A stretch of 64,000 bases of DNA, from the IMG/VR virus record IMGVR_UViG_3300029305_003961, positions 32,664 to 96,663 of that record. The stretch is one strand, 5' to 3'. The stretch comes from a virus. Taxonomy: Duplodnaviria > Caudoviricetes. The notes under the pieces are model-generated. The model was not told the origin of the DNA. It worked only from the letters and a program-made list of their open reading frames with translations, and did no database searches. The stretch's first letter is position 1. Every line of letters starts with the position of its first letter. A program made the translations under genes and the position numbers. Shown in pieces: positions 45,518-55,458 of this stretch.

Positions 45518-45652
45518 CACCTCTTAAAGAATTTGATTTTAAGATGTGGATGTGGGCATTGCGACATAATCGCAGATGCAAGAAAAAAGAAAAACTTTAT
45601 CAAGCATAAAAAATACTTGACAAACCCAGCAATCTGTGATATAATACAAATA

Positions 45653-45945
45653 CAAGGTAAGGGATGCGCCCTCTCCCACAAAGGCGTTGGATGCGAATGG
45701 CAGAAAGGGTATTGCGTATGACTTGGACTTAGGGGTGGCGCCCATAATAGCCAAGATATTTTAACACCTGTTTGTATTGCCTTCGTGGGGTTGGCTCCCA
45801 AAGTATCAGGACGATGAAAGGATTGTGGTCGCATATGGTCTAGTTAGTAGGTTGGCTACCTCGGAGATAGAGCCTACTGGCTTGAGAGGTTGAGTAGACT
45901 GGCTCAAAACCGCAAGTTGGGAATTATATACAGTATAAAAGTTCC
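45653..45945 (+). ncRNA. Candidate ~290-nt structured RNA
   Basis: Lies between promoter 45617 and terminator 45944-45978; no SD-led ORF; multiple nested helices. Confidence 0.55.
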
Positions 45946-46166
45946 TCGGAGGGGCAGACCCCTCCGAGGTCATTTTTTGAGCCGCTCGTTGTCCTGCGCA
46001 ACGAGCGGAATTTTATTATGTAAACCCCTTTCGCATTTTTTCGTCCGCAAATTCGCAAAAAATTTTTTCAAATTTTTTTCCTAAAACCCCTTGACAAATC
46101 CGTTCGGCTGTGGTATAATTCACTTGTAAGTAAGGAACACACCACCGACCAAAAGGAGAATGAAAA

Positions 46167-46385
46167 ATGGAAAAACTGCTTCAGCACATCGAAACCTTGC
46201 TCAAATGGGCAAGTCAGACCCCCGACTACGCAAAGACCTTCTTTAACCAAGCCTTTGGCGCACTCCAGTTCTATATCATAGAACACAATGTTTCCGATGA
46301 TGAATATACCATCTTGGAAACCAAGTGGAATACCACTTATAAACCGTCTTTTGAAGCAATTATGTATGGGGGTGCTGAAAAATGA
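46167..46385 (+). CDS. Hypothetical protein
   Basis: AAGGAG SD; first gene of its operon. Confidence 0.7.
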   Translation: MEKLLQHIETLLKWASQTPDYAKTFFNQAFGALQFYIIEHNVSDDEYTILETKWNTTYKPSFEAIMYGGAEK

Positions 46386-46702
46386 TGAAGCGAAATATCA
46401 CATACCACATCAGCGAGGACAGACTTGACCGAGCCGTATATATTATGCAGACCATCGGCATCGGCAATATTATCAAAGAGGTTCACGCTACCGACGAAAA
46501 GGGTCGCACCTCTTGGCAGTGCTTGACCGACACGGGCGTTATCCTTGTGCTGAATGAGCAAAAGACTATAGTAATTACTCTCTATATCGCAAGTCAGCCA
46601 AAAGTCAGCGCACTGTACGAGGGCAAAACTCCCAGTTGGGTTATCCATATGGTAAAGAAAAACCGTAAATATGCGGAAGAACAAAATAAAGCGAGGGTGT
46701 AA
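46382..46702 (+). CDS. Hypothetical protein
   Basis: ATGA-coupled to the previous gene. Confidence 0.7.
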   Translation: MMKRNITYHISEDRLDRAVYIMQTIGIGNIIKEVHATDEKGRTSWQCLTDTGVILVLNEQKTIVITLYIASQPKVSALYEGKTPSWVIHMVKKNRKYAEEQNKARV

Positions 46703-46704
46703 TT

Positions 46705-47709
46705 ATGGCAAAAAAGAGTTATAACGAAAAAGCAAAGGCGGAATTTCGTCGAGTAATCAATGGTATGGCGTGTCCCACTCTTAATAAGGTGGGACGCAAC
46801 TTGACCCTGATGTATATGGATGGCAAACTTGACCCCTGCTATCACCGAGAGACCCCCATCACTTCCATCCAAAAAATCCTGCTCCGCAAGTCCAAGCCAA
46901 ATGTTCTACTGACTGGACCGGCAGGTTGCGGCAAAACCGCCATAGCAGAGGGCGTGGCGGCGGTACTGGCAGAGCGAGCCATCCTACAAACTGAAAAAGA
47001 AGTCTACGCAGAAGAAACCTATCGCAAAGCGGCAAAGGCTTGGGAAAGAGCCCGGGATAATGCTTGGTATAGCGACCAAGATTTCAACGAGCCTATGCCC
47101 ACTAAGGCAGAGGTGCCATCCGCCTTTCTGTCCAACTGCGTGGTGTATGACCTTCCCCTGTCTGCCTTGGTCAGCGGTACTCAATATCGTGGAGACCTTG
47201 AAAAGCGCATTGAAGAATTGCTGAATGAATGTCGCAGATATCCCAACATCATTCTGTTTATCGATGAAATTCACCAAATTATCGACGCAGGAGAATGCGA
47301 GGGCGGCTCTGGCGTGGCACAGATGCTCAAACCTGCTCTGTCCCGTTGCGATATCCGAGTAATCGGAGCAACCACTACCGATGAAGCAAAAATCCTGATG
47401 AAAGACAAGGCTCTTGCCCGTCGTTTCAATGAGGTGGAAATCGCTCCTTTGTGCGGCAACGCGGCTATTGAAACCGCCGAGGGCATTTTGGCAGACTACT
47501 CCAAGCATCACGGCATTACCACCGAAGTTGATGTGGAACTGATTATGGCAAATCTTGCCACTTTCCTCCCCAAGTCCGTGTTCCCTGACAACTTCATCAA
47601 TGTGGTTGATGAAACCTTAGCAGGTTGTAAATTCGACCGCAAAGAAACTGCCACTACCGCCGACTTTAACGCGACCTTGAGCCGTATGGCAGGCGTAATA
47701 ATTATGTAA
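46705..47709 (+). CDS. ClpA/B/C-type AAA+ ATPase, single NBD1 only
   Basis: GKLDP, GPAGCGKT, SGTQYRGDLEKR, LFIDEIH, LKPALSR, IGATT and DKALARRF motifs. Confidence 0.85.
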   Translation: MAKKSYNEKAKAEFRRVINGMACPTLNKVGRNLTLMYMDGKLDPCYHRETPITSIQKILLRKSKPNVLLTGPAGCGKTAIAEGVAAVLAERAILQTEKEVYAEETYRKAAKAWERARDNAWYSDQDFNEPMPTKAEVPSAFLSNCVVYDLPLSALVSGTQYRGDLEKRIEELLNECRRYPNIILFIDEIHQIIDAGECEGGSGVAQMLKPALSRCDIRVIGATTTDEAKILMKDKALARRFNEVEIAPLCGNAAIETAEGILADYSKHHGITTEVDVELIMANLATFLPKSVFPDNFINVVDETLAGCKFDRKETATTADFNATLSRMAGVIIM

Positions 47710-47886
47710 ACTTAAGACCCCATTCTTCGGAGTGGGGTCTTTTGCCGCTTCCTGGCCGGGGGTCAGGAAGCGAATTCGTTAAAATAACCAAATTACGCAT
47801 TTTTTATTCCGCAAACTTTGTGTATTTTGCCCTCTTGCTTTTTCCCGTAATATGTGATAAAATAACAGTACCAAAAGGGAAAGGAA

Positions 47887-48369
47887 ATGATAATTATGCC
47901 TAAAATGATTTGCTTTGATATGGACGGCACAATTGCCGACCTCTATGGCGTGCCGGATTGGTTGACCAAACTGCGTGCCTATGATGCTTCCCCCTATTTG
48001 ATGGCTGAGCCTATGTGCGATATGGAAGAACTGGCTTTTCTGCTTGAGGTGGCTCAGCATCGTGGCATCGAAGTCCGTGTTATCACCTGGCTCTCCAAGG
48101 ACACCAATCCCCAATACGATGAATTGGTGCGAATTGCCAAGCAGGCTTGGCTCAAGGCAATGGGTCTGCCCATTGACCACTTCCACGGCGTCAAATATGG
48201 GGCAACCAAGGCAGACAGTGTTCGTCGCCATATCGACCTCGCAAGCGGTGAAACCGCAATCCTCTTCGACGATAACGCCAAGGTGCGTGAGGGTTGGCAT
48301 TTGGGTGATGCCTATGACCCCACCGATTGCGATATCTGCGAAGTGCTGAAAAAAGTCTTGGGGTTGTAA
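47887..48369 (+). CDS. HAD-superfamily hydrolase (5'-nucleotidase-like)
   Basis: FDMDGTIAD motif I, K motif III, LFDD motif IV. Confidence 0.8.
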   Translation: MIIMPKMICFDMDGTIADLYGVPDWLTKLRAYDASPYLMAEPMCDMEELAFLLEVAQHRGIEVRVITWLSKDTNPQYDELVRIAKQAWLKAMGLPIDHFHGVKYGATKADSVRRHIDLASGETAILFDDNAKVREGWHLGDAYDPTDCDICEVLKKVLGL

Positions 48370-48426
48370 AATACCCCTTGACAAATCAGCCTACTTGTGC
48401 TATAATAATACCAAGAGGTGAGGGAA

Positions 48427-48576
48427 ATGGATGAAAAAGAAAAGCAGTATTTGAATAAACGGCTTACCGAACTCTTCAACAAGAAGATACAACTTAATCT
48501 TGAAGTGCGCAAAATCGACAAAGAGATTGCTCGTATTTCCAAGAGGTTGGAAAAGGAGATTATTACCGATGAATAA
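48427..48576 (+). CDS. Small coiled-coil protein, 49 aa
   Basis: GAGG SD after a promoter; MDEKEKQYLNKRL... Confidence 0.55.
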   Translation: MDEKEKQYLNKRLTELFNKKIQLNLEVRKIDKEIARISKRLEKEIITDE

Positions 48577-48967
48577 TATGCAGAAAGAATGGCTGAAGAA
48601 AGTTTTACTCTTCGTGGGCGCAATAGCCTTTGTTGTTTTTGAATTGGCTACCCTTTTCCTGGGCGAAGCCTGGCTTATCGTCGGCCTTGTGGTTGGCTTG
48701 GCGGTACTTATCCCATTGCTTGCTGTTATCATTTATGTTCCCATTGCTTCCTTGGTTTGGTATTGGCGGCTGATGGGCATATGTAGAAACGATTGGGAAG
48801 AAAACACTTTGCGCTTTTGGTGGCGGTTCATCGGCTACTGGTGCGGAGATTGGGAGAACCTTATTCCGCAAATGATTGAAGAGGATTATGACGATGAATA
48901 CAATAAAAATGAAGCCAAGAAACTCTTCGAACGAATAAAAGCCGTAAACAAGCCGAAATGGCTATAA
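48569..48967 (+). CDS. Membrane protein
   Basis: AAGGAG SD; two TM helices. Confidence 0.6.
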   Translation: MNNMQKEWLKKVLLFVGAIAFVVFELATLFLGEAWLIVGLVVGLAVLIPLLAVIIYVPIASLVWYWRLMGICRNDWEENTLRFWWRFIGYWCGDWENLIPQMIEEDYDDEYNKNEAKKLFERIKAVNKPKWL

Positions 48968-48987
48968 TAAAAAGTGAGGTAAATAAA

Positions 48988-49254
48988 ATGCGTGGTGTAA
49001 GAGAACTGTACAAGAATAGCGGTTGCCTATTGGCTACCCTTACCATCATTCTTTTGGTGGTACTGCTTGCCGGCCTTGTCTTTGGAGCCTTCTGCCTGGA
49101 GGGATGGGTGTTTATGCTCCTTTGGAACTGGCTTGCCGTGGAATATCTCGGTGCCCCCATTCTCGGCTTTTGGGTCTGCGTGGGCATCGTGGTGGCAATC
49201 AATTTCGTTGGGCGAATGTTGTTCGGTTTTAATATTTCTATTAAATTGGAATAA
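48988..49254 (+). CDS. Membrane protein
   Basis: GAGGT SD; hydrophobic; followed by a terminator. Confidence 0.65.
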   Translation: MRGVRELYKNSGCLLATLTIILLVVLLAGLVFGAFCLEGWVFMLLWNWLAVEYLGAPILGFWVCVGIVVAINFVGRMLFGFNISIKLE

Positions 49255-49531
49255 GAGGGGGCAAATGCCCCCTCTTTTTTCAGCGCTTCGTGGACTACCC
49301 CCACGAAGCGAATTATGGAAAATAACCAGTTTTAGCAATTTTTTACCCCGGAATTTTGTGTATTTTGCCATCTTTACAAATCCCATATTCTGTGATACAA
49401 TGTCTATGTAATCAAGAGGGGACACCGAACGGAACTTCTAAAAAAAGTTAAAAAACCTCTTGACAAATCGTTCAACTTGTGCTATAATACATAATGTAAG
49501 GAGCGCAAATCCGAACGGAAAGGAAATGCTT

Positions 49532-50947
49532 ATGGAAATCAGTGTAAGAGAATTACAGGCAATCGTCAAGACCTTGCCTATCGGCTTGTATGCCAAGCGA
49601 GGGGTAAAAGTTGACATTGGGGAAAAGGACGGAACCAGTTATTACTGCCCCAATACCGATGCCATAGTGGTATCGTACCCCCAAGTTTGTACCGCCCTAG
49701 CCAATACCACGGACAATAGTCCCTATAAGGAACGGATTATCCGTGGTATCCTTTACCACGAAGTATCCCACGCCTTTATGACCCCAAAAATGCCTTGGAA
49801 TGATGTAGTGAATGTCTTTGAGGATGAACGCATGGAAACCCTCTTGGCAAAGTATTACCACGATGTTGATTTCAAATCCAATGTATATCTGTTCAATGGC
49901 TTTGAAATTGGCAAAGTCCCCCCGGCAGTTGATAAGTTTACTGCTTTTTACAATTTGGTGCGGTTTCGCTCCGGCAAGCCGGAATTGCTGAAAAAGGTCG
50001 AAGAAATCATCGATACTTATAAGGCATTAACCAAAGCAACCAAGCATAGTGGCAAAATCTATGAATATTACTATGCCATTATGGACCTCTATGGGGAGAT
50101 TGATGAACCGGAAAATCCCCAAGAGCAAGAACAGAGCTATTCCGGGGATGTCCGACCCGGGGACGATAACAGCGAGGGTGAACCCGGCAATACCGATACT
50201 ATGACCCCCGGACAAGGTGAAAGCGCAAAGCAAGCCTTGGATGAAGATACTATCCGAAACTTAATGGAAGAGTTTTTCGATAGTAAAACAGACCTGTCCC
50301 TTATTTCCTATTTCCAAACTATTATTGACGGCTTCAACAAGCGCAATAAGGGCGGTTCGGCTATCGGTGGTTATTCCGGGGTATTGAACCCCCGGGCGGT
50401 AAATAGGGAAGATTGGAAAATCTTTGACCGCCCCTTTACCCAAAATTCCAATAACAAATACGGCACTCTCCATCTCAATCTATTCATCGATTGTTCCGGT
50501 AGTTTTTATCCGTCAGAGCAGTTGGTCAACCAAATTCTTTCTGCTCTCTCCCGGGTAGAAAAGAAAAACCCCAACTTTACCCTTGATGTAGTGTTCTGTG
50601 GGTGCGGAGAAAGAGTGGTTAAAACTGCTAGGGAGCGAGTTATTAACTGCCGGGGCGGTAATGACTTAGATAATGATATCTATGATATTTTCCGCTCTCT
50701 CCAAAAGCCTAACACCTACAATTACAACATTGTACTGTTTGACGGAGATGCGTTCTCCAATGCCGGACCTAGACACCGCAAGAACTTTAAGGCGTTCGAT
50801 TTTAGCAACTGTACCATTATTTCCGACCGGGAAAATGAACGATACATTGCTGACACAGTTAATCGAGCCAAAGTAATCTATACCAAAAATTACACCGATG
50901 AATTACTCAATAATCTGAAAAATGTCCTAGCAAGGGCATTTCGATAA
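49532..50947 (+). CDS. Metallopeptidase-like / VWA (CobT-like) protein
   Basis: YHEVSH...NVFEDERME in the N-domain, acidic linker, MIDAS motif IDCSGS and FDGD. Confidence 0.8.
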   Translation: MEISVRELQAIVKTLPIGLYAKRGVKVDIGEKDGTSYYCPNTDAIVVSYPQVCTALANTTDNSPYKERIIRGILYHEVSHAFMTPKMPWNDVVNVFEDERMETLLAKYYHDVDFKSNVYLFNGFEIGKVPPAVDKFTAFYNLVRFRSGKPELLKKVEEIIDTYKALTKATKHSGKIYEYYYAIMDLYGEIDEPENPQEQEQSYSGDVRPGDDNSEGEPGNTDTMTPGQGESAKQALDEDTIRNLMEEFFDSKTDLSLISYFQTIIDGFNKRNKGGSAIGGYSGVLNPRAVNREDWKIFDRPFTQNSNNKYGTLHLNLFIDCSGSFYPSEQLVNQILSALSRVEKKNPNFTLDVVFCGCGERVVKTARERVINCRGGNDLDNDIYDIFRSLQKPNTYNYNIVLFDGDAFSNAGPRHRKNFKAFDFSNCTIISDRENERYIADTVNRAKVIYTKNYTDELLNNLKNVLARAFR

Positions 50948-50968
50948 AAACGAAAAGGAGAAAATACT

Positions 50969-51910
50969 ATGTATATCAATAATGTGTTGGATATTACCGC
51001 TAAGCAGAACGGCTCTTTCGTGGTGGTGCTGAATGGCACAAAGTCCATTGAAACCGACCCCTCCCGGATTTCCGAGTTGGAAATGCTTTATGAAGAATGT
51101 CGCAAGGTTGGCACTGCTAAGCGCCCGGCTGTCTTGGCGGAACTCCAAGAGCAAGGCAAACTTCCCATCTTTTTCCCTTGCGGTGAAACCTCTGTGACCG
51201 ACCCTAAGGAAATTCTCCGGGACGGCATTGCCCGGCTTATGGATTTCTTCACCGAGTTTGAGTTTGAACCCAATTTCCGGTTTATCAATTCCCTTGCCCG
51301 GTGCTTGGTATCTTCTTCCAAGGATGCCACCGATTATATCCACAACTACTTCGAGTTGGTGGATAGTCCCTACGCCCCGGAAGTGTTCGAGAAGATGAAG
51401 TCCGCCGAGTTTAAGAACATTCTTAAGGCGGTGTCTGCGGTTGCCCCCTCTCACAATGTTAACAACCGCTTTAAGATTTACTACGGCTCTGCCGGTACTG
51501 GCAAGACCACCCAAGCGCAGAAAGAAACCGACGGCAGATGCGTGGTCTGTAATAACTCCATGCTCCCGGCTGACCTTATGGAAGATTTCGTCTTTGTGGA
51601 CGGCAAGGCAACCTTTAAGCCGTCTATGCTTTGGCGGTGTATGGAAGAGGGCACGCCCATTACTATGGACGAAATCAACCTCTTGCCTTTTGACAGTTTG
51701 CGTTTCCTCCAGGGCATCTTGGACGGCAAGACCGAGTTCCAGTACAAGGGCAATACTGTCCATATCAAGGACGGCTTTATGGTCATCGGCACGATGAACC
51801 TTGCGGTCAATGGTATGGTGTATGGTCTGCCGGAACCCCTGGTTGACAGATGCTCCGTGATGCAGAAATTCAAGTTGACCGCTGACCAGTTAATGGGAGC
51901 AATTATGTAA
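50969..51910 (+). CDS. MoxR/CobS-like AAA+ ATPase
   Basis: GSAGTGKTT, MDEIN, IGTMN and PLVDR motifs; adjacent to the VWA gene. Confidence 0.8.
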   Translation: MYINNVLDITAKQNGSFVVVLNGTKSIETDPSRISELEMLYEECRKVGTAKRPAVLAELQEQGKLPIFFPCGETSVTDPKEILRDGIARLMDFFTEFEFEPNFRFINSLARCLVSSSKDATDYIHNYFELVDSPYAPEVFEKMKSAEFKNILKAVSAVAPSHNVNNRFKIYYGSAGTGKTTQAQKETDGRCVVCNNSMLPADLMEDFVFVDGKATFKPSMLWRCMEEGTPITMDEINLLPFDSLRFLQGILDGKTEFQYKGNTVHIKDGFMVIGTMNLAVNGMVYGLPEPLVDRCSVMQKFKLTADQLMGAIM

Positions 51911-52235
51911 ACTTAACCCCCACCCACCCGGGTGGGGGTTTTGGTCTGCTTGTTGGCGAACGTCAACAAGCAGAATTTAGAATAAAATTCCATTTTACCA
52001 TTTTTTGGGCCGAAAGTCAATAGGCAAAATCAACAAAAATTTTTCCCGTAATTTGTACAATTTGCCAATTGAATTTTTGGAAACTTTGTGGTAGAATATC
52101 TAAGTAATCACCGAGCCGACCCCCCACCCCCAGTAAAAAAAGTGCTTGACAAATGGGCGGTTTTGTGATATAATGATAGAGCAATGGGGGAACGATGGTA
52201 AAACCCATTGACTAACTTGAAACGAGGTTTTATAA

Positions 52236-53105
52236 ATGCCGAAATATGACAAGCGCAGAAAGTATTATATGGTGCTTGACTGCGAAACTGCGACCTTGCC
52301 ATGCGCAAGCAAATACGATGAGGTCAAGCGGAAAAGCATTGCGATTGCGAAACCGCTAATTTATGACCTTGGGTGGAAGATTGTAGACCGAAATGGCGTT
52401 ATCTACAATTCCACAAACTTCCTTATCTCCGAAATCTTCTCTGTTCCGTCCATTTTCGATACCGCCTATTATGCGGACAAAAGACCTATCTATCTTGAAA
52501 AACTGCGCAAGGGCGAAATCATCTTGACCGATTGGCAGACCGCTATGACCGACTTCTTGGCAGACCTTGAAGTGGTGGAAGCCGTGGGTGCGTACAATTC
52601 TATGTTCGACTTCAAAAAAGCCGTTCCCTTTACCGAGTTGTATGTCAGCAAACTGTATTCCACCGATTATCACAACTGGCTTGCTTGGCAAGAGCGCACT
52701 TGCGATTGGCTTGCCCACGGTGGCAAGACTACTGGCACTACTCCTTTTGAGGAAGATATTTTCCGTTTCCGTGGCAAGACCTATCCCCTTTTCGACCTTT
52801 GGGGTTTGACTTGTCAGCACATTTTGAATTGCGATGCCTATAAGCAGATGTGTCTTGACGAAAAGTGGGCAACCGCAAGCGGAAAGTATTTCAAGACTTC
52901 TGCGGAAACTGCGTTCCGTTTCTTCAGCGGTCAAACCGATTTTGAGGAAAGTCATACCGCCATTGAGGATTGCGCAATCGAAAGTCAGTTGTTTGCGGAA
53001 ATCGTCAAGCGCACCAAAAACAAGTGGGCAATGGGTATCGAGTTTTTCCCTTTTCGGATTTTGGGTACTGTCGATGCGTATGTGGGGAGCAAATTGCTCC
53101 CCTAA
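52236..53105 (+). CDS. DEDDh 3'-5' exonuclease
   Basis: VLDCET, AYNSMFD and HTAIED motifs. Confidence 0.8.
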   Translation: MPKYDKRRKYYMVLDCETATLPCASKYDEVKRKSIAIAKPLIYDLGWKIVDRNGVIYNSTNFLISEIFSVPSIFDTAYYADKRPIYLEKLRKGEIILTDWQTAMTDFLADLEVVEAVGAYNSMFDFKKAVPFTELYVSKLYSTDYHNWLAWQERTCDWLAHGGKTTGTTPFEEDIFRFRGKTYPLFDLWGLTCQHILNCDAYKQMCLDEKWATASGKYFKTSAETAFRFFSGQTDFEESHTAIEDCAIESQLFAEIVKRTKNKWAMGIEFFPFRILGTVDAYVGSKLLP

Positions 53106-53207
53106 TACGAAAAAAAAGTGCTTGACAAATCGCACGGAATGTGCTATAATACATAATGTAAGGGGCGCCACCCCCTACAAAATAAATTTATGAAAGAGGT
53201 AATGACT

Positions 53208-53597
53208 ATGGCAACGAAGAAAACTGTGGTACAGATGTATGAGGAACTGTTGGCAATCAACGGCCTGACCCAGGAGCAGAAGGACTTCCTGGCCAAGCGC
53301 ATCGAAATCACCAAGAAGAAGAACGCCTCTGGCAAGGACGGCGAGCCTACCCCCAAGCAGAAAGAGAAGATGGCGCATAACGCCCTGCTCTGCGACAAGG
53401 TAGTTTCCGCCATGACCCCTGGTGTTTCCTACCACGCAGGTGATATCGTCAAGTTGGTTGATGTCCCCGACATTCCCAACACTCAGAAGTTGACCCCCCT
53501 GCTGACCAGCCTGGTGAGCGATGGTCGCCTGACCAAGGCGGTCGAAAAGGGTCGCTCCGTTTACTCTCTGCCTGCGGACACCGCAGACGAGGGTTAA
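53208..53597 (+). CDS. Winged-helix-like protein, paralog A1
   Basis: MATKKTVVQMYEE...NTQKLTP.LT.LV.DG...KGRSVYSL. Confidence 0.7.
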   Translation: MATKKTVVQMYEELLAINGLTQEQKDFLAKRIEITKKKNASGKDGEPTPKQKEKMAHNALLCDKVVSAMTPGVSYHAGDIVKLVDVPDIPNTQKLTPLLTSLVSDGRLTKAVEKGRSVYSLPADTADEG

Positions 53598-53600
53598 TCG

Positions 53601-53960
53601 GTGGGGGCACAGACCCCCACCCAAGTCGAGCGAATGAGGGCGCAAGGCTACACCGAGGAAGAAATCGAGGATATGCTGAAATGCGACCGAGAAATCGACC
53701 GAGGAGCAAACCTTTTTCCTCTTGACCCCGAACTGGAAGAGGGGGCAAAAAAGGCAAGACGAGCAGACCGCACCGACACCCCCAAAAAGGCGGTGCGTGA
53801 GCGCAAAGAGGATGCCGACAAGCGCACCTTGATTTATCTACTTTCCAATGTGGTGAGAAATTTTGACGATTTGGAGATTGTAAACCCCGAGCGTGAATTT
53901 TTATTCACCTATTGCGGAAAGAGATACAAGGTGGTAATGTCCGTCCCCCGTGGACAGTAA
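53601..53960 (+). CDS. Hypothetical protein, paralog B1
   Basis: EIEDMLKCDREIDRGA; resembles 56341..56763. Confidence 0.65.
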   Translation: MGAQTPTQVERMRAQGYTEEEIEDMLKCDREIDRGANLFPLDPELEEGAKKARRADRTDTPKKAVRERKEDADKRTLIYLLSNVVRNFDDLEIVNPEREFLFTYCGKRYKVVMSVPRGQ

Positions 53961-54116
53961 AAAAGGAGCAGACTTCGGTCTGCTCCTTGACTTGCGCCAA
54001 GGAGCAGAATTTCGATTTTGATTGACCTTTGGAATAAAAAATTTCCAACTTTTTTGGTAAAAAACCCTTGACAAAACTCCCAAAATGTGGTATAATATCC
54101 CCAAGAGGTGAGAGAA

Positions 54117-54350
54117 ATGAAAAAGTTCTTTGAATTGAATAAACCCTACAAGTTTGACCCTACTGACTTAACCGCCTTGATTTATGTGGTTTGCGCCATC
54201 TTTGCGTTCTGCGGTATTGATAACAGTTGGTTGCTCCTTGCCGGCTCTGCCCTTGGTACTGCGTTTTGTTGGCAAGCACACCGCATTAACCTTGTGGTGT
54301 TGAATGTATCCTTATTTGTTTTCAATCTGTTTTGTGTATTTGGGACTTGA
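54117..54350 (+). CDS. Small membrane protein
   Basis: GAGGTG SD; hydrophobic. Confidence 0.65.
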   Translation: MKKFFELNKPYKFDPTDLTALIYVVCAIFAFCGIDNSWLLLAGSALGTAFCWQAHRINLVVLNVSLFVFNLFCVFGT

Positions 54351-54400
54351 CAAATCGCCAAATCTATGATATAATACTAACAGAAAGTGAGGTAAACAAT

Positions 54401-54886
54401 ATGTTTAGTTGGCGTTCGGTAAGAGATTTCTCCGAAGATTTGTTTAATACAAATAATCTCCGCAACGAGGACAATACCTATATGAGCGACTACAACTGCG
54501 GTGGATATGCCCTGGGTACTTTCTCTTGGTACTGCCCCTCTGAGGACGAAGATGCGTGGGGTATGTTTGAGCATCGAAGCCAAGAGGAAATGGAAGTATT
54601 AACCGCTGAGTGTGTAGCGGTTATGCTTGACGATTTCAAGGACTTGCGCTTGATTGAGAGTATGGACGATTTGCGCAAGGGTGAGTATGCGATTGCGTTC
54701 CGTGTGTCCTCCGATGGCGATTTCCACTATGTCAAGCAGTTTTATGGCAAGTGGTGGCGGCATAAGCGAGGGTCTGGTCAAATCTTCCGTATGTCCGAAG
54801 CAGATGTGTTTAACACCATTTGGTGCGGACGATACGATGGACCGCTTGTACTGTTTGCGAAAAAGGTAAGCGGTGAAATGATTTAG
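54401..54886 (+). CDS. Papain-fold (Cys-His) amidase/peptidase-like protein
   Basis: YNCGGYALG...DFHY...WRHKRG; ends at TAG (14 more codons to TGA if read through). Confidence 0.55.
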   Translation: MFSWRSVRDFSEDLFNTNNLRNEDNTYMSDYNCGGYALGTFSWYCPSEDEDAWGMFEHRSQEEMEVLTAECVAVMLDDFKDLRLIESMDDLRKGEYAIAFRVSSDGDFHYVKQFYGKWWRHKRGSGQIFRMSEADVFNTIWCGRYDGPLVLFAKKVSGEMI

Positions 54887-55043
54887 TGGGTCTTGCGGTT
54901 TTGGCGCTTGACCGTCCGGTTTAATTGAACATTTCTGCCCAAAGGCAGTAAAAAACTTAGGCGGAGCATTAAGGCTCCGCCTATTGACTTTCCAAAAAAT
55001 TTTTGATAAAATATAATTACAAAATAGAGAAAGGAGAAAGACA

Positions 55044-55160
55044 ATGACCTTTGAACTATTAAAGGCACTTTTTACCATTGCTCGTTTCTGCGAAAAGTAG
55101 AAGAATTGTAAAGAGTGTCCAATGAAAGAGATTTGCGGGCGGATGCCTTGCGAAATCTAA
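55044..55160 (+). CDS. Cys-rich 38-aa protein with 1 in-frame TAG
   Basis: AAGGAG SD; MTFELLKALFTIARFCEK*KNCKECPMKEICGRMPCEI. Confidence 0.55.
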
Positions 55161-55239
55161 GTGCTTTTGATAAAGCCGACCCACTCCGTGTTAGGGTCGT
55201 TTTTCACGCACGCTAGGTCATTGGAAAATTTTTGCGACG

Positions 55240-55458
55240 ATGAAGCAAACGGAATACGCACGCAGAGTTGACTCAAGTGGACGCATCATCATCCCCTCAC
55301 AACTCCGCGACCAATTAGACATTCGTCCGGGAGATATCTTGGACTTTCATATTCACGAAGAGAACGGCAAGACCTTTCTCTGTGTGGAGTGCGCAAGAGT
55401 CGAGGACGAAATTGAGCGCGCAAAGCGCATCCTGCGAGAAGCGGGAGTATTAAATTGA
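55240..55458 (+). CDS. AbrB/MazE/SpoVT-family DNA-binding protein
   Basis: RRVDSSGRIIIPSQLRDQLDIRPGDILDF. Confidence 0.8.
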   Translation: MKQTEYARRVDSSGRIIIPSQLRDQLDIRPGDILDFHIHEENGKTFLCVECARVEDEIERAKRILREAGVLN

